NCBI RefSeq assembly: GCF_006345805.1 | Contig: NC_043006.1 | Coordinates: forward strand, 102,424,001-102,488,000 | From: Octopus sinensis | Taxonomy: Eukaryota | Length of the DNA stretch: 64,000 nucleotides | Direction: 5' to 3' | Shown here: positions 51,504-63,500 of the stretch, piece by piece | Layout: each line of letters begins with the position of its first letter | Position numbering within the stretch: position 1 is the stretch's first letter | Notes under the pieces: generated by a model | What the model was told of the DNA's origin: nothing | Databases searched by the model: none | The model's input: only the letters and a program-made list of their open reading frames with translations | Made by a program: the position numbers and the translations under genes

Positions 51504-54500
51504 ATTAATTAATGAGAGGGATGGAAGATGTAATATACGAGAATCTTTATTAATCGCTACAATTGTTTGGACCCATCTAGTATCGATCCCTCACAGGTAG
51601 GATGCTGCTGTGAATGTGCTTTACTGGCAAACTACCTGGTGTATACCATACAGCTTATTAACTACTAACTATATATATATAAATATTTGTTTTGTGTTTG
51701 TTTCTGTCATTGTCCTAAACATTCGCTTGCCATTCCCAACAGCTTCTCTCTGTTCACCATTGAAATTGTAAGGATTTTGGGGATAACTGTCAAGGAAATG
51801 GCAGTGTCCGCTCTTGGCTGTGAATTTTCCATTTGTTTTTTTGTTGTATTTCTGTTTAATTTTTGGAACTTATTATAAAACTTATTTCTCCAGTTTTATT
51901 TATAAAGAACTGTTTTTTCTTTTCTATTTCTTGCAGACAGGACATTGCTGACATTTTAGGGTATAATAGCTTTGCTCATATGTCTATGGAGACCAAAATG
52001 GCAGGATCTGTAGAGAATGTGCTCACTATGTTAGAAACGTGAGTTCCATACATATACCGATTTTCTTTATTCTTTATTCTCTTACTTGTTTCAATCATTG
52101 CACTGTGGACATGCTGGGGCATCAGTTTTGAAGAGTTTAGTTGCCATAATTCATTCTCTACATATTTTCAAGTTTGGTATTTATTATTTTGGTTTCATTT
52201 TGCCAAATGACCAAGTTACATGGATGTAAATGGAAAAGAGAAACAAAACACTATATTCCAGCTAAAAATAAAAGTATTTTAAGAAATCAAAAAATATCAA
52301 GTAGCTTCTATTATGGTCTCAAGAAGGCTCTGGAATTTGGCACATGCGTTCCTCACTGTGTCCCTGGGAAGATCTACAAACACCTCCTTCATCTTGGCCC
52401 ACCAGCTCGGCCTTGATGTTGCTGGCAAACTGGTTGGTGTTTTTCTCAACTGCACCCTACACATAGTAATTGGGATAACAATCAGAGGGAATTAGAAGGC
52501 CAGAAATTGGGGCTGGAGAGGCCATAGAAAATCTTCAACAACTACTTCTGTGAAAGTATGCAAGGAGCCAGATTCTGTTGCCTTCCAACAGCATCCATCT
52601 TCAGTCAGGGTTTGACAACAGTCTCCAGCAGCTTCACGTAGCTGTCTGAATTGAGCTTAAGACCTTGTTCAGAGATGTGGGGATGGATTCCCGTGTGCAG
52701 GTGTAGTCAAATGCCTGGTGTGTGTGTTCCTGCTGGCCACAGCTTCATAGTCATCATTGCAGCAGTCGTGATGTTGGCATTTTGATAGTTACGTACAAAT
52801 CATCATGACACAGGTAATCTTTTCCAATATTTAGAAAGCTTCCAGCTCTCCATGTCAGTTACCTTTTTCTTAATTACAACTTCAATATTTATGCTTCACT
52901 GTCGTTCCCTGTTCACCAATACATCAAGCTGTTTCTGAAAAAAAAAAAAAAAGACATAAAATTTGTCAAATTTAGCTTGATCATCCCATATAAATATATG
53001 AATTTTTTTAGTTTTCATTATTATTATTATTTATTTGTCTGTTTGTTTAGATATAAAAATCATTTTAAACCTATTGCTAAAGAAGAATTAGAAGAGTTGC
53101 AGGATTTTGCTGTTTCTGAAGGCTTTCCCCATGAGTTACAGTGTTGGGATGTTCCTTACTGGAGAAGGATACACAAAAACCAGTATTATGGGTGAGTAGA
53201 ATTACAAATACACTTTCTCTATTTTCTTTGTGGCTGCAAGTAATTTATTTTTCATAGTTAGGTTACATGAGACGTGTAGAATGAAGAATCTTGGTCCAAA
53301 CTCAACAAAATCCCTTTAGTTTCACTTCCCAGTCCACACTAAGTACTTTTTGCCTATCTTTCCTCCCCACTACTACTATACTCTAGAAATCCCTCTTTGG
53401 TTTTTCCGTGCCAGTGGCACGTAAAAGGGCTCCAGTCGAGCCTGATTGTTACCAAAGTTGCCTTACTGGCACCTGTGTTGGTGGCATGTGTAAAAGGATT
53501 CGAGCAAGGTTGTTGCCAGTACCGCCTGACTGGCCCCCCCGTGCCGGTGACACATAAAAATCACCCACTACACTCTTGGAGTGGTTGGCACTAGGAAGGG
53601 CATCCAGCTGTAGAAACACTTCCAAATCAAGATTGGAGCCTGGTGCAACCACCTGGTTCACCAGCCCTCAGTCAAAATCGTCCAACCCATGCTAGCATGG
53701 AAAGCAGACGTTAAAAGATGATGATGATGATGTTAACCAGGTGTTCTGATGTTGAATCTGAAAACCTAGCACTCCTTGTTCATGTACATCATATGTCCAT
53801 AGCAGTACAAATTCCTCTCCTGCATACATAAAATGCTCTCTTATTTATGACCTACTTTCCATGCAAATTGATGTTATATTTCCAATAGACTTTGTTTGCA
53901 CCATTTCTCTCTGGCCCTTCTACATTCAGCTGCCCATGTCTCACTACGTTGAAGTATATTTCTACATTAATGGCTATGTGGATGTAGGTTCACATATGGT
54001 TCTATAGTTAAGCATTGTGAGTGGATATAGTTGACAGAAAATGAAAGAAGCCTGTTGTATGTGTGTCTGTGTTCATGCATGAGTATGTTTGTGTCTCCTT
54101 ATCTTGACATTACATGCAAATTGTAAGCAGCATCAGTTGTTTGCAATCTTCCAAGTAAATGTACTGTTTACATTCAAAAGACTAGGGGCAAATGTTTCCT
54201 TATTTGGAAACAGGAGAGGTTGGTGTTAGGAGCAGCATAGGGTGGTTGAAAATCTTGTCTCACTGAGTTTCCTCTAACTCATGCAAGCATGGTGGAATAG
54301 TAGACATTGAAATGATGATGATGATGATGATGATTTCTGTAAATTTCCTAAAATATGTCTTTACCATTTTATATTTCTGTGTTTATCCAGCATCAATGAA
54401 AGCCAGATAGCTCAATATTTCCCATTGTCTCATGTTTTGAATTCTCTCTTCAAGTTTTGTGAAAAACTTTTTGGAATTACAATCAAGGTTTGTGAACAGT

Positions 54501-57500
54501 TATCTCAAGTACATACCTTATATTTCATTAATAGTCTGTTAAAAAATAATTAATAACATTAACACCAACAATAATAATTTGTCACTTTGAGGGGAGGGGC
54601 CCTAACAGATTATGTTGACTCCTATACTTGATTGATTATTTATTTCAACACTTAAGAGGTTTGAAAGATATTCGTTGAAAATTTCATTAGAAATATCTAT
54701 TTTTCTGAAAGTTATGAGGAAACAAAATTGGCAGGTGGAGAGGTACAATTCTGTAGTTATGTCCAATTAACATAAATCAAATCCAGTTTTCTCATTCAGC
54801 TTTCTGCTTTTTCAGCAACACACTACAAATATGCAACAATACTGGTTTAGGCATAATTTAATTGATGCTGTATTAAATTTATAATTTGTAGAAAGTAGTG
54901 TTCAAATATTTGGGCAGCCTTTTTATTTCCAGAAGTATAAACAGACATGAAAAAACATTGCCTCACAGTAAGCTGAAATGACGCATTGAATAAGATTTGT
55001 GATTGAAGCATTTACTTGAAATTTCAAAACCACATTTTGATAAAAATATATTACAACTTGAATTTACAAAAATTTTCCAACCTTTAATAATTGCTGTCTT
55101 TTAATAATAAAAGTTACCTAATCCCAACAAATTGATAAGCATGGTTCTCCATTAAAGTATAGATAATGATTTTTTCTAAATAAGCACACGGCTAAGAATA
55201 TTTTGATATGGAAACGGACAATTATATTGATCTCCGTCCCCAGCACTTGGCATGTACTTTATTTTACCAACACCAGAAGGCTAAGCAGCAAAGTCATTAA
55301 TAGTTAGATTGTAATTGAGAACATAGAGAGTTAGAACAAATATCACACTTTAAACGTAGATGATGATGATGATGATGATGATTTGTTTGATTCCTCTCTC
55401 AGTTCTGCTAACCCACCATTTTTAATAATAATTTAGTTATAAACTCATGTTGTTGATTAAATCACTTTCAGCATTAGATAAAGTGTTATGCCCCTTGTTC
55501 CGTGGACCCAAACAGTTTATCTGAGTCAGGGAAACTCATAAAATTGATTTGTTTTCACAAACCAAAATTGGGCTGTTCTTTTGTTCTTTCAGTCATTTGA
55601 CTGCAGCCAGCTGGAGCACCACCTTGAAAGGTTTTTAGTCGAACAAGTCAACCCCAGAACTTACTTTTTCTTAAAGCCTACTTATTCTATTGGTCTCTTT
55701 TGCTGAACTGCTAAGTTAGGGGGATGTAGACACACCATAACCAGTTGTCAAGCAGTAATAGGGGACAAACATGGACAAGGCACAAGAGTGGCTGTGTGGT
55801 AAGTAGCTGGCTTACCAACCACATGATTCCAGGTTCAGTACCACTGCATGGCACCTTGGGAAAGTGTCTTCTGTTATAGCCTCAGGCCGACCAGAGCCTT
55901 GTGAGTGGATTTAGTAGACAGAAACTGAAAGAAGCCCATCGTGTGTATATATATATATCACGTGATCACGTGACCGACCAGACCATCAGATGTTGTTACA
56001 CATCGCTGGTCACAATGCTTTCGCATTGTTTTAGCCTTCGAATGATGCCATTCTGCTGGCTAAGCGAGCAGGCCAACAGACGAAAGAGTGAGAGAAAGAG
56101 TACAGCAGGGATCACCACCCCCTGCTGGAGCCTCATGGAACTTTTAGGTGTTTTTGCTCAATAAACACACATAACGTCCAGTCTGGGAATCGAAACCACA
56201 ATCCTACGACCGCGAGTCCGCTGCCCTAACCACTGGGCCATTGCGCCTCTACGTATATATGTATGTATGTATGTGTGTGTGTGTGTCCGCCAACATTGCT
56301 TGACAACTGATGCTGGTGCATTTACATCCCCATAACTTAGCAGGTCGGCAAAAGAGACTGATAGAATAAGTACTAGGCTTACAAAGAATAAGCCCTAGGG
56401 TTGATTTGCTCGACTAAAGGTGGTGCTCCAGCATGGCTGCAGTCAAATGACTGAAACAAGTAGAATGAAAGAATATATATACAATGGGCTTCTTTCTGTT
56501 TCCGTTAACCAACTCCACCCACAAGGCTTTGGTCAGCCCAAGGCTATAGTAGAAGGCACTTGCCCAAGGGACCACACAGTGGGATTGAGCCCAGACCCAT
56601 GTGGTTGGGAAGTAGGCTTATTTCCACACAGCTATGCTTGATGAAAAAAGTATAAAAAGAACTGAAAACAAAATTCCAACAAGATTAAAATTATAAATAA
56701 ATTTTTTTAATATTTTATTTATTTCTTTAAATTACAAATCTCTGTTTTTCCTTTTGAATTATTATGAACTCTTTAGCATTCACACTGTTCTCTCAAAAGT
56801 AATGTGTATTTATTCACATTGTTCTGAATTAATCATGCGTTATCTTGTAGCTTTGCTAGTTTGATGAGGTAACTGTTAATTTTTAGAATGATATTTTAGG
56901 GTTGATCCGAAAGGCCAGATCTGGGTAGTTTGAATATAAAACAGGTACAATATTTTAGCAGGATATCATCAACATCATTGTCATTTAACGTCCACCTTCC
57001 ATGTAGGTATGGGTTTGATGGTTTACTGGAGCCAGCCAGGTAGAAGATTACCCTAGGCTACTGTGTCTGCTTTGGCAGGTGTTTTATGGCTGGATGCCCT
57101 TCCAAACACCAACTACTCTGCTGAGTGGACTGAGTGCTTTTTATGTGGCACCAGCACAGGCAAGGTGGTCAGTTTTGGTATAGTTTTTACAACCAGTTTA
57201 AATGCTAAAGAGTTAAAGCTTAAAAATAAGCAATATGAGAGATCACTGCATTAATCCTTTGTATGCTAAAAATAGACGTCAAACCGTTTTACCACAAAAT
57301 CTGTGTTCTCAACTTAGTAACGAGCTAGACAAATGGAAAGAAATAAACATAGCACTTAATTCCATCCCATACTCTTATTAGTTAAAGCTTAAGTTTATAA
57401 CTTTTACAATGGGATATGTTTTCTGAATTCAGTTTCAAGTTTATAATATTCACCATTTTATCTTTTCCTCTTCTTAGTCTGCTATTCCTGGGAGGGTCGT

Positions 57501-60500
57501 AGGAGTACAGTCCTTGGGTACGTCCATAGGGGCCAATCAGAAGCAACCTTCATTAGACCTGGTTGGATTCCCAAGCATGACCAGCTGAGACAATGGATTT
57601 ACCTCTGGGTCTCCTGCTGGTTGGCTCAGTTTGAAAAATCTGTCTTGTAATTCTTTCCTGTGAAATTCTAATTGCATGTCCGTAGTGCCAAAGCTGTGAC
57701 CTTTCAATGTGGGGAAATGGTAATTCATCCTGGAGAGAGCCCCTGACCCCAGACATTACACCCTTTTGAGTAATGTTATTGCTGAGATTCTTCAGAGGAA
57801 TATTCTTTATTACTCTAGGCACGAGGCCTGAAATTTCTGGGGAGCGGGACAGTCGATTAGATTGACTCCAGTACGTAACTGGTACTTAATTTATCGACCC
57901 CAAAAGAATGAAAGGCAAAGTTGACCTCGGTGGAATTTGAACTCAGAATGTAAAGACAGACGAAATATGCTAAGCATTTTGCCCAGTGTGCTAACGTTTC
58001 TGCCAGCTCACCACCTTCCTTCAGAGGAATATTAAGAGAAAGAAAATTTGGTTCAGTTTTTCAAACCTTAGAATTTATTTTCTACCAAAATTTAGAGCTG
58101 GATTTTTTTTTTTTACTTTAAAAAGATTTTTTATTCTGTACAACAGGATGAATCTGATCAAAATGACAATTCACTGCCAGATGTGAAACTGTTTGGTGTT
58201 TATGATGAAAAAGGTAAGAATTTTTTTTGTCTATTATGGTTTATGATTTTTGTGTGTGTATTTTTTAAGATATCACCAATTACCAGCCACTGCATAAAAA
58301 TTGATGTCAGAGTGCTCTCCCCTCTCTACCACAAATTCTTTTTCAACACTTGATTTCCTCCAAATAGTTTTGTAAACATTGGCGTTGCTCGGGTTTGTAA
58401 GGGAAATAACTATATAAGCACTTTTAGAGAGTTATAGCCCAAAAATAGCAAAAAAATGCATTAAAAATGGAAAAAAATTATGGTAATTTTTTTTTAAATC
58501 GTTGACTCATCATAGACATTTTTAGAGAGTTACTTCCCTTATATAATAGCGAAAAAATGCATTAAAATGGAAAAAAATGATGGTAAATTTTTTTTTAAAT
58601 CGTAGACTCATCGTAGTCGCACGCTAATACCCAGAAGGGCTCGATATGAATCACGACTATAAGATACCCGGTTTTGGTTAAACTGCACCGCAAAATGTGG
58701 GAGTAGTTAGGAATCTAAATCATAGGAGACAGACAGACACACAACTTGACTTTTATATAAAAACATATATAGGGAAAGTGGGAAACTGTGCATCTGAATG
58801 TATTGAATTTAATAAATATTGTATTGAGCCATATTGAACACTTTATATCTGGATTAGTCGTGTCTTGATATTCTGAATTCAATTCCTTTCCGAGCAAGTA
58901 CTTATCAGCAATATATTGGAAACCATATCTATTTACACTTCATCCTTCAAACAACAAAATGACATTACGAGTAAATAAAAATAACCTTTTTATTGAAGCA
59001 TAGTGTAACAGAAGTCGTCCCCTGAAATGTCATTGTGCATCTGCATCTGAACGTGCTTTGAGCATCCAAGTGATGTTGGAGGGACAAACACAGACACACA
59101 CACATATATATACATATATACGACGGGCTTCTTTCAGTTTCCGTCTACCAAATCCACTCACAAGGCTTTGGTCGACTTGAGGCTATAGTAGTAGAAACTT
59201 ACCCAAAGTGCCATGCAGTGGGACTGAACCCAGGACCATGTGGTTGGTAAGCAAGCTGCTTACCACACAGCCACTCCTGTGCCATGTAAGGAACAAATGG
59301 TATAAACTTCGTCGGCGAGCTGGCAGAATCGTTAGCACGCCAGGCAAAATGCTTAGCGGTATTTCGTCTGCGTTACGTTGTGAGTTCAAATTCCGCCGAG
59401 GTCGACTTTGCCTTTAATCCTTTCGGGGTCGATAAATTAAGTACCAGTTACGCACTGGGGTCGATGTAATCGACTTAATACCTATGTCTGTCCTTGTTTG
59501 TCCCCTCTGTGTTTGGCCCCTTGTGGGTAATGAAGAAATAGGTATAAACTTCATCCTGTGTTTATCATCTTTATCCTATATATCATAACCAGTAATATTA
59601 CTGAATACAGTTAAACAGCAAGCTGGCAGAACTGTTGGCAAATTGCTCTGAGGCATTTCATTTGTTTTTATATCCGAGGATGACTTTGCCTTTCAATCTT
59701 TGGGGATTGATAAAATTAGTAACAGTTGAACACTGGGGTAGATATAATCGATTTACATTTTCCCCCTAACTTGCTGACAGAATTGTTACCACATTGGACA
59801 AAATGCTAAGTGGCCTTTCGTCCATTTTATGTCCAGAGTTCAAATTCTGCCGAGGTTGACTTTGCCTTTCATCCTTTAGGGGTTGATAAAATAGGTACTG
59901 CTCGAACACTAAGGTCGATATAATCGATTTACACCCTCCCCTGAACTTGTTGGCAGTATTGTTACTGTGTCAGGAAAAATGCTTAGTGGCATTTCATCCG
60001 TTTTACCTTCAGAGTTCAAATTTTGCTGGGGTCAACTTTGTTGTTCATCATTTTAGGGTTGATAAAATAGGTAATACTTGAACACTGGTGTCGATCGATA
60101 TAATCAATTTACACCCTTCCCTGAACTTGCTGGCCTTGTGCCAAAATTTGAAACCAAGGATTGTCACTGCACCAAACAAGCTAGTTAGCAGCATACATCA
60201 TCTTCAAATTCCATCAAGGTACACTTTGCCCTTTGGGTGGAGTCAATGAAATAAGTACCAGTCAACTACTGGAGTCGATGTAATCAACTTAACCCCTTCC
60301 TGAAACTGCTGTCCTTGTGCCAAAATGTTAAACCAATATTACTAAATGTTGCTGACTGGCACCATTTGAGTGTGATCGTTACCAGCATTGCCTTACTGGC
60401 ACGTGAAGAAACATTCAAGCGAGGTTGTTGTCAGTGCCGCTGGACTGGCTCCTGCGCAGGTGGCATGTAAAAAACACCATTTGAACGTGGCTGTTGCCAG

Positions 60501-63500
60501 TACTACCTGACTAGCCCTTGTGCCGGTGGCACGTAAAAGCACCCACTACACTCTCAGAGTGGTTGGTGTTAGGAAGGGCATCCAACTGTTGAAACTCTGC
60601 CATATCAGATTGGAGCCTGGTGCAGCCATCTGATTTGCCAGTCCTCAGTCAAATCGTCCAACCCATGCTAGCATGGAAAGTGGACGTTAAACAATGATGA
60701 TGACAGAAGTAACCACACTAGTTTACTGGAAGCAGACTGATAGGTGATATTCTATGCGGAGCTATAAATTCACCAGTAGTAGTCATAGATTTAACTCTTT
60801 AGCATTTAAAGCAGCTGTATTCAGCTAAGACGTTCTACGTTCAAACTGGCCAGATCTGGCTTCTTACACCAACCCTACAATGTCATTCAAATAATTCAGT
60901 TACCTCATCAACATCTTGAAGCTACAAAACAAGGCTTGATTAACTCCAAACAATGTGAATAAATAAACATTCCGTTTAACAGAACAGTATGAATGCTAAA
61001 GAAATGTTAGATTGAAACTACTTCATTTTCAAATTATTTCTATTTTCTTTTTTTTCCAGGTGAATACAGAGCATCTTTCTTTTTCGACCCCTATGCCCAT
61101 CAAGGTAAAATGAGTGGAACATGGATGGAAATTGGTCGAGGTGAGATTCATTACATCGCTATTGTTTCTAAATTAGATTCTTTAATAAATTCATATTTTA
61201 CTTATTTCAGTCATTAGGCTGTGGCCATGCTAGGGCACTGCCTTGAGGAATTTTAGTTGAATTAATCAACCCCAGTACTTTTTCTCCTTTTTTTAAAGCC
61301 TGCTGCTTATTCTATTGGTCTCACTTGCTGAACTGCTAGGTTGTAGGGAAGTAAACACCAGCGCCGGTTGTCTGTTGGTGGGGGGGGGCAAACACAGACA
61401 CATAATGGACTTCTTTCAGTTTTTGTCTACCAAATCCACTCACAAGGCTTTGGTTGGCTTGAGGTTATAGCAGAAGATACTTGCCCAAGGTGCCACACCT
61501 TGGGATTGAACCCAACACTATATGGTTGAGAAGCAAACTTCTTACCATGGGACCAAGATGATAAAAAAAAAATTAATGTTCTCAGTGGATACCTTTTTTT
61601 TTCAACCCTTCCTTGATACCAACCTTAAGAAGTCTACTAGTAAATGTGACCGAGTTAGACCTGCACTGGACTCTTCACATTCTTAAGATTGCCAAAAAGG
61701 CCAAAGATGTTTCAGTAAAACGGTAGATGGCTGCTTGCCCCCTATTCCATGGCTGTGGTACATCCACCTTTAGTTTATCTTGCCAGTCTGGAACCCCATT
61801 TCGTCCAGAATAGGAATCAATTTTAGAAGCTCTCCAGAGACATGCAATCAGACAAATACTCTCGGTCAATCACAATATCTTGAATGTTATTAACGCTCAA
61901 TGTGTCATGGCCCATGTAGTATGCCTCATGTGTTGCAGTCTGCATGTTGTAATATATGTGTTGTGCAAACCTGTTTTAAGTTATAATAATTCCTCTAGAC
62001 ATTAAATTTAATCAATAAATTAATTAGTTTATCTTTAATCTTTCAGAGCGAAGTGATTTACATGGCGTGAAACCATTTTCTTATTTGGTGCTAAACCTTC
62101 ACAAACCACTTGTGCCCAGTATACCAACTCTTATGACACTTCAGGAAGTCCATATGTTGTTCTCAGAGGTATTGACAGTTTATCTTTAACCCAGCCCTGT
62201 ATTCTAATATCAGTTCATTACTCAGTTCATTTGCAGGTGCTGTCAAGGGATTGATTCATGCCAACACGGGTTAGGTGGTTTGACCAGGGCTGACAAGCTG
62301 GAGAGCTGCACCAGGTTCCAGTCTGATTTGGCCTGGTTTCTACAGTTGGGTGCCCTTCCTAACACCAGCCACTTTACAGAGTGTGCTGCGTGCTTTTTAC
62401 ATGCCATCATTGACCTTTCATTCAAGTGTGTGTTAGTGTGGATACAGCGTAGCTAAGAAGTTCACTTCGCAACCACGTGGTCCCACAAAATCACTTGCCT
62501 CAGGTCAAACCAAATCTTGAGTGAAATTGGGTTGACAGAAACTGTGGGGAAACCCATCAAATATATTGTACCTATAATTCAGGGGTACCTATAATTCAGA
62601 GGTACCTATAATTCAGGGGTACCCATAATTCAGAGGTACTTTTGTGTCATGCACTGTATCATGCTGATTCTGCCTAAGGATTATGTTAAGGATATACATG
62701 TCTGTGGAATACTCAGCCACTCATTAATTCTATGGGTGGGTAATTCATTTGAGTGACTGAATCCTCACTGTCAAAACCAACAGAGATCCATTTACTTACT
62801 TATATGTGTGGTGTGAGTTAGTTAGTTAGTTAGTTAATTATTTGGCTTAAAAAGCAAAAAGCAAGGCCATGTAGGGGAACATGGAGTTATGTACAGGGTG
62901 GTGTTCATGTAAAGAGTTCAGGCCACTTGTGGTCAAGGGAGACTTTGAACCGAGTGGTCATCGGCATCTTCACTATCTCGTCTGGCAGCTTTAATCATTA
63001 ACTAAATTATCAATCAGATGTATGCTTTGCTTCCATTTTGTTTTACCCTTTTATGACTGCAACCACTGTTTATTGTGTGACAGGTAAGGGCATGTCTGAG
63101 GTGGTGAGCTGGCAGAAATGTTAGCACGCCGGGCGAAATGCATAGCCGTTACGTTCTGAGTTCAAATTCCGCCGAGGTCGACTTTGCCTTTCATCCTCTC
63201 GGGGTTGATAAACTAAGTACCAGTTACGCACTGGGGTCGATGTAATCGACTTAATCCCTTTGTCTGTCCTTGTTTGTCTCTTCTGTGTTTAGCCCCTTGT
63301 GGGTAGTCAAGAAATAGGTAAGGACATGTCTCCTTGGCGTCTGTCCCTCTAGGACAGTGGTTCTCAACCAAACGCCATAAGATTGTGGGTCCTATAAGAT
63401 TTGTGGAGAAGGGGGTCCACACAAGAAAAATCGTAAATTGGGTCCACAGTTGTAATTTATGAGTCCATGAAAAAATTTTGCTTTAGGTGTATTCATTGCA

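Noticed and set aside
56180-56250. tRNA-like sequences (also 1331, 3882, 8447)
   Set aside because: A/B boxes run directly into SINE bodies, with no complete cloverleaf or acceptor stem
62163-62168. Rescue of HEXXH by cephalopod A-to-I recoding
   Set aside because: TCA can only edit to TCG (still Ser), and CAT at the third ligand would edit to CGT (Arg), not Glu
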